Notes under the pieces: model-generated
The model's database searches: none
Told to the model about the DNA's origin: nothing
Seen by the model: the letters and a program-made list of their open reading frames with translations, nothing else
Position numbers and translations under genes: made by a program
DNA from: Macrostomum lignano
Taxonomy: Eukaryota
DNA: 64,000 bases
Direction: 5' to 3'
Assembly (NCBI GenBank): GCA_002269645.1
Contig: NIVC01001359.1
Span: forward strand, 14,624-78,623
Part shown: positions 9,950 through 22,500 of the stretch, one piece after another
Layout of the letters: each line of letters begins with the position of its first letter
Position numbering within the stretch: the stretch's first letter is position 1

Positions 9950-12900
9950 ATGACGTCACTAGCCAGCGTTGGTTCGCGCAGAACAGCTCAAGCCTACTCA
10001 GCCGCTATGCTGTTAAGCGCCTGCGGCGACGCCATGGGCTACAAGAATGGCGAATGGGAGTTCTGCTTCGATGGGTCCAGATTGCACGCCGCGGTTGAAA
10101 GAATGGGTGGATTGAATAACTTAAATATTACTCTGCCACATTTTCGAGTTAGCGACGATACGGTTATGCATATGGCCACGGCTAAGGGTGAGAATGTGGC
10201 CTTGTAGACCGCTTTACCGGACAGATACTTTCAATATACTCTACTGAAGTAGAATACAGTGTTAGTTAGTTAGTCAGTCAGTTAGCTAGTCAGTAGTTAG
10301 TTAGTTAGTTAGTTAGTTGGTCAGTTAGTTCGTTAGTCAGTTAGTTAGTCAGTTAGCTAGTTCTTTTTGACGATTTTTATTCTCCTATTATTTATATTTA
10401 ATGGCAGCTTTAATTGCCAAGGCGACCGCCCCGGACGAGGAGCAGCTGTACCTGCAGCTGGCTAGGGAGTACTGCGACTGCATGAACTATATGGCTGGTC
10501 GGAGCCCAGGTGAGTTGGTTTTTTGTATTAGTTTCGCAATTTTTTTAATTACAAGTATTGTGGCTTTTACTTACAGCTTTAAAATGTTTCTAAGAATTAT
10601 AGCTTTCACCCATTTCTTAGAAACGTAGCTTTTGCCTATTACTAGGAATCATATTTAATCCTGTTCCAGGAATCTTATTTTATTCGTTTTTACGAGTTCT
10701 AGTCAATCAGTTTTCAACTACGCTTTAACTATGCTAATTCCACCCCTTTTTAAACAACTATATATCTCACACATTTAAAAAATCTTTCACCCATTTCTAA
10801 GAATCCTATTTCACCGTTTCTAAGAATTGTATTTCACTATTTTCAAAAATTATATTTTATTTTTTCCAAAATCATATTTTACCATTTCTAGGAATCCTCT
10901 TTCACCCATTTGTAAGAATCCTATTTCACCCATTTCTATGAATCCTATTTCACCATTTCTAAGAATCCTGTTTCACCCATTTCTATGAATCCTATTTCAC
11001 CCATTTCTAAGAATCCTATTTCACCATTTCTAAGAATACTATTTCACCCATTTCTATGAATCCTATTTCACCATTTCCAAGAATCCTGTTTCAACCATTT
11101 CTAAGAATCCTGTTTCACCCATTTCTATGAATCCTATTTCACCATTTCTAAGAATACTATTTCACCCATTTCTATGAATCCTATTTCACCATTTCCAAGA
11201 ATCCTGTTTCACCCATTTCTAAGAATCCTATTTCACCCATTTCTTAGAATCCTATTTCACCATTTCTAAGAATCCTATTTCACCATTTCTAAGAATCCTA
11301 TTTCACCCATTTCTTAGAATCCTATTTCACCCATTTCTAAGAATACTATTTCACCCATTTCTTTGAATCCTATTTCACCATTTCTAAGAATCCTATTTCA
11401 CCCATTTCTATGAATCCTATTTCACCCATTTCTATGAATCCTATTTCACCCATTTCTAAGAATCCTTTTTCACCATTTCTAAGAATCCTATTTCACCCAT
11501 TTCTAAGAATCCTATTTCACCCATTTCTAAGAATCCTATTTCACCCATTTCTAAGAATTCTATTTCACCCATTTCTAAGAATCCTATTTCACCCATTTCT
11601 AAGAATTCTATTTCACCCATTTCTAAGAATCCTATTTCACCCATTTCTAAGAATTCTATTTCACCCATTTCTAAGAATTCTATTCACAATTTTAAGAATC
11701 CTTTTTCACCGGATTGTAAGAATTCACTCCGTTTCTAAGAATCTTATTCAATCAATTCGTTTTTTACAATCCGACTCAATCCATTTCTTAGAAAACTTTT
11801 CACCCGTTTCTAAGAATGATCGCTCACGAACTGATTATCTAGCTGCATAATTATATTTTAACACGCGCAGGTGACTGCACCTCATTCAGCTGCAACGATC
11901 TCATAGACACTGGCGGTTACAAAATCGAATTTAATGATCGGTAATTGATTTAATATTTTAAATATCGTTGCCTGATTTGAAAATTTTAGTTTATCTATAA
12001 AGCTAATAAAAACGATTGATTAAAAATCTTGAAGAGGCGGCGGCTGCGGTGGTGCCATGCGGTCCATGTGCATCGGCATGGTGTTCTGGCAGCCGCACCA
12101 GCTCAAGCGGCTGGTGTCCACCGCTGTGGAGGCTGGCAGGATGACCCACAACCACCCCACTGGCTACCTGGGCAGCCTGGCTTCTGCCTACTTCGCCTCG
12201 CTCGCTTTGCAAGGCCAGCCGTTGGAGAAATGGGGAGCTGAACTGCTGCAAACCGCACTGCCGGCCGCGTGGAAGTACGTGGAGGAGACTGGTGAGTCTG
12301 TGGCTGCTGCCGGCCTCCCAGATCCTCAGTTGCTGCTGCCGGCCTCCCAGATCCTCAGTTGCTGCTGCCGGCCTCCCAGATCCTCAGTTGCTGCTGCCGG
12401 CCTCCCAGATCCTCAGTTGCTGCTGCCGGCCTCCCAGATCCTCAGTTGCTGCTGCTGGCCTCCCAGATCCTCAGTTGCTGCTGCCGGCCTCCCAGATCCT
12501 CAGTTGCTGCTGCCGGCCTCCCAGATCCTCAGTTGCTGCTGCCGGCCTCCCAGATCCTCAGTTGCTGCTGCCGGCCTGCCAGATCCTCAGTTGCTGCTGC
12601 CGGCCTCCCAGATCCTCAGTTGCTGCTGCCGGCCTCCCAGATCCTCAGTTGCTGCTGCCGGCCTCCCAGATCCTCAGTTGCTGCTGCTGGCCTCCCAGAT
12701 CCTCAGTTGCTGCTGCCGGCCTCCCAGATCCTCAGTTGCTGCTGCCGGCCTCCCAGATCCTCAGTTGCTGCTGCCGGCCTCCCAGATCCTCAGTTGCTGC
12801 TGCCGGCCTCCCAGATCCTCAGTTGCTGCTGCCGGCCTCCCAGATCCTCAGTTGCTGCTGCCGGCCTCCCAGATCCTCAGTTGCTGCTGCCGGCCTCCCA

Positions 12901-13896
12901 GATCCTCAGTTGCTGCTGCCGGCCTCCCAGATCCTCAGTTGCTGCTGCCGGCCTCCCAGATCCTCAGTTGCTGGGCCACCAGCCTCCCAGATCCTCAGTT
13001 GCTGGGCCAGCCTCCCAGATCCTCAGTTGCCGTACAAAGCCCCTTCGTTCTCCCCGCAGGCCGCGACCTCGCTGAGAACAAGCGTCACTGGCCCTACTTC
13101 TCCACCGCCTGGGCCAACTACCTTCGCCAACGCGGCCTCCTTGACGGCCGGGGGCCTGCGCAGTTCAAGCAGCCCTACGGCCCGGCCGAGAGGGACGCCT
13201 TCTACAAGTCTTTGTCCTACAGCGGCTGGGGCGGCGCCTCCGGTCACGACGCCCCGATGATCGCCTACGATGCCCTGCTGTTCGCCTGCAGCGCTGGGAG
13301 TAGCGGTGGTGGCGACGAGGGCAGCGGTGAGCAGTGGCTGCGACTGTGTGAAGCTGCCGTGCTGCACGGCGGAGACAATGACTCTACGGGGGCCATCGCC
13401 TGCTGCCTGTATGGCCTGCTGAATGGCGGGCTGGAGGGAGTGCCCGATGGCCATCACAGCGTGAGTGCTGGCTGGAGTAGAGAGATAGATTAGCAATCCA
13501 TTAGGATTGGGGAGATAGATTAGCAATCCATTAGGATTGGAAAGATAGATTAGCAATCCAATCTGACTGGAGAGATATATTAGCAATCCATTAGGATTGG
13601 GGAGATAGATTAGCAATCCATTCTGATTGGGGAGATAGATTAGCAATCCATTCTGATTGGGGAGATAGATTAGCAATCCATTATAATTGAAGAGATAGAT
13701 TAGCAATCCATTCTGATTGGAGAGATAGATTAGCAATCCATTCTGATTGAAGAGATAGATAAGCAATCCATTCTGATTGGGGAGATTGAAATTAAATAAA
13801 AAAATCGATATAAACTTTTGCTTTCAGGGTTTGGAGTTCCGCTCTGAATTGGCCTCACTGGGCGAGCAGCTGCATCAGGTGTCGGAGCAGCTGTAA
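9950..13896 (+). CDS. ADPRH: ADP-ribosylarginine hydrolase (ARH1), 6 exons
   Basis: Exons 9950-10187, 10408-10509, 11871-11940, 12035-12291, 13060-13460, 13828-13896 with consistent phases. Motifs [93 protein letters not shown] and LEFRSEL are colinear with vertebrate ARH1. Confidence 0.95.
10790..11700. repeat. Intronic minisatellite, 23-24-bp unit TTTCACCCATTTCTAAGAATCCTA
   Basis: ADPRH intron 2. Confidence 0.95.
12300..13030. repeat. Intronic minisatellite, 29-bp unit GCTGCTGCCGGCCTCCCAGATCCTCAGTT
   Basis: Fills ADPRH intron 4; related to the arrays at 14915-16410 and 30520-30890. Confidence 0.95.
13480..13790. repeat. Intronic minisatellite, 30-bp unit GGAGATAGATTAGCAATCCATTCTGATTGG
   Basis: ADPRH intron 5. 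Confidence 0.95.
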
Positions 13897-14914
13897 TTAA
13901 TTTTTTTTGTTATTTGTAAATCCCGCTGGAAAACACGCTGGATTTTGCGTCAACAATTTTTTTCCATGGCTTTTGCCTATTCCAGAACAGATTTGTATGC
14001 ATTGTAGTATATATTTAATTGCCATGTGTACCTTAATGAATCCATGGTTTTTAATGATAATGATAGCCATGTATAATTTTTTGATGAGATTTTGTTTTAA
14101 AAAACTATTTATTCCGATTTTTATCTGTTTTGTATTTGCCTACTTTTCTTGCGCTGTTTATCCAGTCGAGTAACTGAATAACTCGGTATATTACACAATT
14201 TATTATAAGTTACTTAATAAACTGCTATTTTTCTATCTGCTTACATTTCTATTAAAACTGGATCTACTTGGATTTTAGATTCTTTCTTGAATTTACATGT
14301 ATATACTTACTGTGTTCAAAGCTCAAATGGGATTTGAATGGTCAGTGTTAAAAACACAGATATCAGCGGTCAGTACATGAATGACTAAATAATGCAAAAA
14401 TGCGCTCATCTAGTATCAAGTCTTTCTTCAGTAGTATAATTAGCGTTTTCCGCCTTCGTATTTGTAAAATTCAACATTCACATTTACAATATTGCATGTC
14501 CAACTAATTTCCACCACATCCGATGCATCCACCCTCATTTCCGCCCCCCCCCATCGGATGCAGCCACCCTCATATCCGCGTGTTAAAAAAGGCAACTAAA
14601 CATATTTGAAATTTTGCACTTTTTCCGGAATGATTAAAAATGTTTTATTACATATATTTGAGCCAAAAAACTACAGCACTTTTTACATAAAGTATTATTA
14701 ATATATGTAACCTATTTTAGCTTTAAGAAACTATAAACGAAAAACGGAGAACATGAGAAATTATGAAGCAATACAATTAAGCTCTGATTTTTATACTGGG
14801 AAATACGCATGGAATGGTTTGACGCTAAGTGCAGTAGAAATTAATACAACATCTAGTGCGTTACCAGTACTAATAGCAACTTGTAAAATGTTCATGGGGC
14901 TCTTGGCTGTTGGC

Positions 14915-16410
14915 CCAGTAACTGACACTCTGGGAGGCTGGCCCAGCAACTGACACTCTGGGAGGCTGGCCCAGCAACTGACACTCTGGGAGGCTGGCCC
15001 AGCAACTGACACTCTGGGAGGCTGGCCCAGCAACTGACACTCTGGGAGGCTGGCCCAGCAACTGACACTCTGGGAGGCTCGCCCAGCAACTGCAACACTC
15101 TGGGAGGCTAGCCCAGCAACTGACACTCTGGGAGGCTGGCCCAGCAACTGCAACACTCTGGGAGGCTAGCCCAGCAACTGCAACACTCTGGGAGGCTAGC
15201 CCAGCAACTGCAACACTCTGGGAGGCTAGCCCAGCAACTGCAACACTCTGGGAGGCTGGCCCAGCAACTGACACTCTGGGAGGCTGGCCCAGCAACTGAC
15301 ACTCTGGGAGGCTGGCCCAGCAACTGCAACACTCTGGGAGGCTGGCCCAGCAACTGACACTCTGGGAGGCTGTCCCAGCAACTGACACTGGGAGGCTGGC
15401 CCAGCAACTGACACTCTGGGAGGCTGGCCCAGCAACTGACACTCTGAGAGGCTGGCCCAGCAACTGACACTCTGGGAGGCTGGCCCAGCAACTGACACTC
15501 TGGGAGGCTGGCCCAGCAACTGACACTCTGGGAGGCTGTCCCAGCAACTGACACTCTGGGAGGCTGGCCCAGCAACTGACACTCTGGGAGGCTCGCCCAG
15601 CAACTGCAACACTCTGGGAGGCTAGCCCAGCAACTGACACTCTGGGAGGCTGGCCCAGCAACTGCAACACTCTGGGAGGCTAGCCCAGCAACTGCAACAC
15701 TCTGGGAGGCTAGCCCAGCAACTGCAACACTCTGGGAGGCTAGCCCAGCAACTGCAACACTCTGGGAGGCTGGCCCAGCAACTGACACTCTGGGAGGCTG
15801 GCCCAGCAACTGACACTCTGGGAGGCTGGCCCAGCAACTGCAACACTCTGGGAGGCTGGCCCAGCAACTGACACTCTGGGAGGCTGTCCCAGCAACTGAC
15901 ACTCTGGGAGGCTGGCCCAGCAACTGACACTCTGGGAGGCTGTCCCAGCAACTGACACTCTGGGAGGCTGGCCCAGCAACTGACACTCTGAGAGGCTGGC
16001 CCAGCAACTGACACTCTGGGAGGCTGGCCCAGCAACTGACACTCTGGGAGGCTGGCCCAGCAACTGACACTCTGGGAGGCTGGCCCAGCAACTGACACTC
16101 TGGGAGGCTGGCCCAGCAACTGACACTCTGGGAGGCTAGCCCAGCAACTGCAACACTCTGGGAGGCTGGCCCAGCAACTGACACTCTGGGAGGCTGGCCC
16201 AGCAACTGCAACACTCTGGGAGGCTGGCCCAGCAACTGACACTCTGGGAGGCTGGCCCAGCAACTGACACTCTGGGAGGCTGTCCCAGCAACTGACACTC
16301 TGGGAGGCTAGCCCAGCAACTGCAACACTCTGGGAGGCTGGCCCAGCAATTGGGGACCTGGGTGGCTAGCTGGCCCAGCAACTGACACTCTGGGAGAACT
16401 GACGATCTGG
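14915..16410. repeat. Minisatellite, 28/31-bp unit CTGGGAGGCTGGCCCAGCAACTG(CA)ACACT
   Basis: About 50 tandem units between the 3' ends of ADPRH and CNTLN. Confidence 0.95.
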
Positions 16411-16559
16411 AAGGCTGGCAACTTTAGTGAACAGACTAAGTAATTAACAAAGCAGTTAACTCGCTCAGCGATTTTAAATAAGTAACATTAGAGAATTACT
16501 TGAGCAGATAGAGAGCTGAGATTTCTAAAGGAAAAATAATGTACTAACTAGCTCGCAGG

Positions 16560-19500
16560 TCAGTTTGCTAGCAGTCTGACCGTGTTCACAAAATCGTCCA
16601 ATTTTTCAGTGAATTTGTCCAGCAGCTGATCCAGCTCAGCTGGCGATGAGGTATTCGGTGAGCTGTTGTACGCCTGGAATGAGTCAACGTGAAGAGGCTC
16701 AATGAGGTTTCGGCCATAGACATAATTACATGTGAGTTTTGCTAAGCATTTTGCTCCCGTCAATCTGCACGCATATCCGCACGCAAGTTTACTTGACGTT
16801 TCAGAGTTCGTAAGTATCCCCTGAAGTTTCAGAGTTTGTAAGTATCCCCTGAAGTTTCAGAGTTCGTAAGTATCCCCTGAAGTTTCAGAGTTTGTAAGTA
16901 TCCCCTGAAGTTTCAGAGTTTGTAAGTATCCCCTGAAGTTTCAGAGTTCGTAAGTATCCCCTGAAGTTTCAGAGTTTGTAAGTATCCCCTGAAGTTTCAG
17001 AGTTTGTAAGTATCCCCTGAAGTTTCAGAGTTCGTAAGTATCCCCTGAAGTTTCAGAGTTTGTAAGTATCCCCTGAAGTTTCAGAGTTTGTAAGTATCCC
17101 CTGAAGTTTCAGAGTTCGTAAGTATCCCCTGAAGTTTCAGAGTTCGTAAGTATCCCCTGACGTTTCAGAGTTCGTAAGTATCCCCTGAAGTTTCAGAGTT
17201 CGTAAGTATCCCCTGAAGTTTCAGAGTTCGTAAGTATCCCCTGAAGTTTCAGAGTTTGTAAGTATCCCCTGAAGTTTCAGAGTTCGTAAGTATCCCCTGA
17301 AGTTTCAGAGTTCGTAAGTATCCCCTGAAGTTTCAGAGTTTGTAAGTATCCCCTGAAGTTTTAGAGTTTGTAAGTATCCCCTGAAGTTTCAGAGTTCGTA
17401 AGTATCCCCTGAAGTTTCAGAGTTCGTAAGTATCCCCTGAAGTTTCAGAGTTCGTAAGTATCCCCTGAAGTTTCAGAGTTTATAAAAATCCCCTGTTTAT
17501 ATGAAGCTTCCAGGGTTGAATATCGAATGCCAAATATCGCATGTCGAATATCAAATGTCGAATACCGAATGTCAAATGTCGAATATCGAGTATCGAATGT
17601 CGAATATCGAGTATTGAATATCTAATTTCGAGTTAGAGCAAAATGCATTTCCAGTTAGTGATCTCCTCAAAAAGACACAAACCTTGACAGCCTGCGCCAA
17701 CCGCATGCACTGATTGGCCCATTGCTTGTCGGTCTCGCGGCTACCCATTGCGGTTCTCAGCTCTGCCAGTTTAGTCTTTGTCGGCTGCTGCTGCTGCTGC
17801 TGCGGAGATCCCGAAGCCATCAGAAGCGAATCCAGCTCTCCATCGCTGAGGTTCAGGATGCTGGCAGCTCGTTGCCTAGCTCGAAGCTGGTGCACCTCCG
17901 ACTCTGTGGGACCGACAGGCTGCTGCTGCTGCGGTGGCAACGGCGGCGGCAGAGCCTCCACTCTGTCGCAATGCGTCGACACCAGCAGCCTGGTTGATTC
18001 AGACTTGGCTTCGACTAGTCTGGCAATCTGGCCTAGCAACCGTTCTGCCAGGCTCAGCCGATTCTCACAGCGCAACAGCTCCTCGCGAGCCGCCGCCTCG
18101 GAGGCCTGGGCTCGATTCGACGCCTCGTCGATTTGTCGACGTCGACGTTCGGAATCGACAGCCGACGAGCGGGCCCGGCTGCGGGCCTGGTCCAGCTCGG
18201 CCCGGCTCTCCTGCCACAGCTGCTCGAACCTGCGGCGCTGCTCGCCAGCTGAGGTGGCGGCCGAGCGGGCGGAATCCAGCTGGGACTGGATGCGCCTGCG
18301 GGTTTGAGGGGGCGGAAATGAGGGCGGATTCCAGAGCTGGGATTGGAAAAGTCTGTTGAGGCGAAAATCGGGGGGCGGAAAAATCAGTTGGGGTGGAAAT
18401 AGGGGGCGGAAATGGAGGGGCGGTAATAGGGGGCGGAAATCGAGGGCGGAAATCGAGGGGCGGAAAAATAAGTTGGCGGAAAAATGGGAGGGCACACGAT
18501 AAAGCAGTTAATCCGTTATTTTAAAAAATCGCATGAATTGCGCACAAGGCAATTGTCAGAAAAAATGCACGCTTAGAAGATCCGATGACTCACCTCACGG
18601 TCTCCTTCAGCGTGCCCGCTTTAGTCTTGGCCTTCTCCGCCGCTGTCCGCTCGCTAGCAGCAGCCGCCTCGGCCTCTCTAACCCGACGCCTGAGCTCGTC
18701 TATAGTGTCCTTAGCGACGCGCAGTTCTCGTTCAGCGCGCGATTTAGCCTGACGACAGCGCGCTAAGGAGTCGGAGAGCTCAGCTGTGGCCGCCGCTGCC
18801 GCGGATGTCGATTCGTCCGATTTGGTCAAGTAGTCCTCGGCTGTTGGTCCTTCGGAATGGTAGCCCGGGTCCTTGGCCGATTGTTGCTGTTTTTATATGG
18901 TAGTAAAAAGCATTGTAAAGCGTTGTAAAGTACTGACTGAGAGTGACCTTCATGGTGAGTATTCGGGTGAGATTTATGGTGAGATAGGTGAGAGTCATGG
19001 TAAAAAAGAAGGTGAGATTTATGAGACAGTGTGAGATAGACACACTGAGACAGGGTGAGATAGACACACTGAGACAGGGTGAGATAGACACACTGAGATG
19101 GGGTGAGATAAGCGCAGTGAGACGGCGAAATAGACACAGTGAGACAGGGTGAGACAGGGTGAGATAGACAGTGAGTCAGGGTGAGACAGACAGTGAGTCG
19201 GGGTGAGAAAGACAGCGAGACAGGGTGAGACAGGGTGAGACAGACAGCGAGACAGGGTGAGACAGACAGTGAGACAGGGTGAGAAAGACAGCGAGACAGG
19301 GTGAGACAGGGTGAGACAGACAGCGAGACAGGGTGAGACAGACAGTGAGACAGGGTGAGAAAGACAGCGAGACAGGGTGAGACAGACAGCGAGACAGGGT
19401 GAGACAGACAGTGAGACAGGGTGAGAAAGACAGCGAGACAGGGTGAGACAGACAGTGAGACAGGGTGAGAAAGACAGCGAGACAGGGTGAGACAGACAGC

Positions 19501-22500
19501 GAGACAGGGTGAGACAGACAGTGAGACAGGGTGAGACAGACAATGAGACAGGGTGAGACAGACAGTGAGACAGGGTGAGACAGACAGTGAGACAGGGTGA
19601 GACAGACAGTGAGACAGGGTGAGACAGACAGTGAGACAGACAGTGAGTCGGGGTGAGACAGGGTGAGACAGACAGTGAGACAGGGTGAGAAAGACAGCGA
19701 GACAGGGTGAGACATGGTGAGACAGACAGCGTGACAGGGTGAGACAGACAGTGAGACAGGGTGAGACAGACAGTGAGACAGACAGTGAGTCGGGGTGAGA
19801 CAGGGTGAGACAGACAGTGAGACAGGGTGAGAAAGACAGTGAGACAGGGTGAGACAGACAACAGCATCTCACAGCTCTATCGCAGGCCTCCTTCAGCCTC
19901 CGACACCGCGCCTGGCTCTGCGCCAATTCCCTTCGAAGCCGTTCCACCTCGCCAGCCAGTCGATCTCGCTCCGCCGACGCCTTCTGACGTGCCCGACGGC
20001 ACTGCAGCAGCTGCTGCTGAAGAGCGCCAGTCCGAGCCTGCAGCCTGGCAACGAACATCGGTCGATGTGCATCGCCCTGGCTCTTGGCTCTGTTGGCGAT
20101 CGCTCTGCCAAGACTGCGGCCGCTGTCCGGCTGACGCAGCTGTCGTTCGTCGACATCCTCGAGACCGTCGACGGAGGCATCGTCGAAATCTTTGTGCGCG
20201 GCGGTTCTTCCATCGCCGCAGTCATCCGTTGGCACGTCCTCCCAGCCGCAATCTTCGCCGTCTTCGTCGTACTCGTCGTCGATAATCGAAGCGGATTCGG
20301 CGTTTATTTGCGATCGACTATTCGCCGTTGCTGTTGGTCGATTGTGATTGGCTCGGCGAGCGGCGGTCGCGGCGCCGGTTCTGAGGCCGCTGACTCGACG
20401 GCCGAGATGACGCAGGTAACGTTTCATTTCGATTAGAACCTGAGAGAAGTTCAATTTTTTTTATAAAATAACGAGAATTGAATTGCGGATCGCGCTCAAA
20501 CTACACTACTCAAAGTAGAAATAAAAGAAAGTTTAAAAACTTCAACAGAAAAAACGGTATTAGCTAATGCATTTCTGATTTGCCTACTGATAGTAGACAA
20601 ATCGGGTTTTTATTGTATATTTAAAAGTTCCGCTAACCTGACTCTTGCGCGCCAATTCTGCGCGCACCGATTCTGCGCGTTCTTCTGCTTCGCGCCTGGC
20701 GCGCGCGTGACCCTCCAGCTCGCGAGTCTGCCGACCAATCAGATCGCGCAGCTGCAACACCTTGCGTCGGGCACTATCCAGCTCATTAGTGAGCTCTCGC
20801 ACCTCATCAGGTTGAGCAGCGGCAGCTTGAGCTGCTGAGTTGGCGGACTCAAGAGCCTGGCTAAGCTCTGCGTTGGCACGCCTCTCAAAGTCTAACGATT
20901 TGCGCAACTGCTGGCCTGTGGCCGCGTGCTCGTCTAATTGCACCTGCACCAGGGCCAGTTCGTTCTGCAAGCGCGCACTGAAAATTGAGACAGATGATTG
21001 CTGATGAAAAGATTCCTTTGAAGTTGCCGCCGCTACCAAAATGCTATTTTATCTATTAGATGATTTTTTTATTAAAGATAAGAATCTTTTGATGTTGCCG
21101 GCGCTAGTTTAATTAAATTCATCTAAACTGCTATATAGTTCATCTATACAGATGATTCCAATTTGAAGATAAAAATCTAGCTTTTGATGTCGTCGCCGCT
21201 CCGCTAGTACTCTATTTTACTCTTTTTATCAAGAGTTCAATATTAATTAGTGGACAAAACTGCTATATATAATTGTTGAGAGGAGAGGAGCTCAGCGAGT
21301 TCACAAACATAAGGATACCGTCAGGGTTACTGTGATATTTCGGACATTTAATATCGGCGATATTTCACTTCTACGACACACATCTCCGACACTCCATATC
21401 TCCGACACTTCATATCTCTGATGATTCACATATCTCCGACACTCCATATCTCCGACACTCCATATCTCCGACACTCCACATCTCCGACACTCCACATCTC
21501 CGACACTCCACATCTCCAACACTCCACATCTCCAACACTCCACATCTCCAACACTCCATATCTCCGACACTCCATATCTCCGACACTTCATATCTCTGAT
21601 GATTCACATATCTCCGACACTTCATATCTCCGACACTTCACATCTCCGACACTCCATATCTCCGACACTCCACATCTCCGACACTCCATATCTCCGACAC
21701 TCCATATCTCCGACACTCCACATCTCCGACACTCCATATCTCCGACACTTCATATCTCCGACACTTCACATCTCCGACACTCCATATCTCCGACACTCCA
21801 CATCTCCGACACTCCATATCTCCGACACTCCATATCTCCGACACTCCATATCTCCGACACTTCATATCTCCGACACTTCACATCTCCGACACTCCATATC
21901 TCCGACACTCCATATCTCCGACACTCCATATCTCCGACACTCCATATCTCCGACACTCCATATCTCCGACACTCCACATCTCCGACACTCCACATCTCCG
22001 ACACTCCATATCTCCGACACTTCATATCTCCGACACTTCACATCTCCGACACTCCATATCTCCGACACTCCATATCTCCGACACTCCATATCTCCGACAC
22101 TCCATATCTCCGACACTCCATATCTCCGACACTCCACATCTCCGACACTCCACATCTCCGACACTCCACATCTCCGACACTCCATATCTCCGACACTCCA
22201 TATCTCCGACACTCCACATCTCCAACACTCCACATCTCCAACACCCGCCAAGGTACTCAAGCATCTTTTTAAGAAATCCTACCTATTATCAGCTAGCATT
22301 AAACTTTCATGTGGTTACTACTACAAAGCTCAAAGTAGACAGAGCAGAAATTCGCTTTATATTCTATTCTCACTACTCCTAAGTAGGATGTTCTCTGTAA
22401 ACTAAACCTGATCGATCGACTGACTCACTTCTCTTCAAGCAGTCGCTCAATCTCCAGCCGCTGTTCAGCATCAGCTTTGGCCTGGCGCAGTGAAGCCTTC

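Noticed and set aside
16560-16763. Stand-alone 67-aa ORF
   Set aside because: Its 3' part is better explained as the phase-0 terminal exon of CNTLN (acceptor at 16674).
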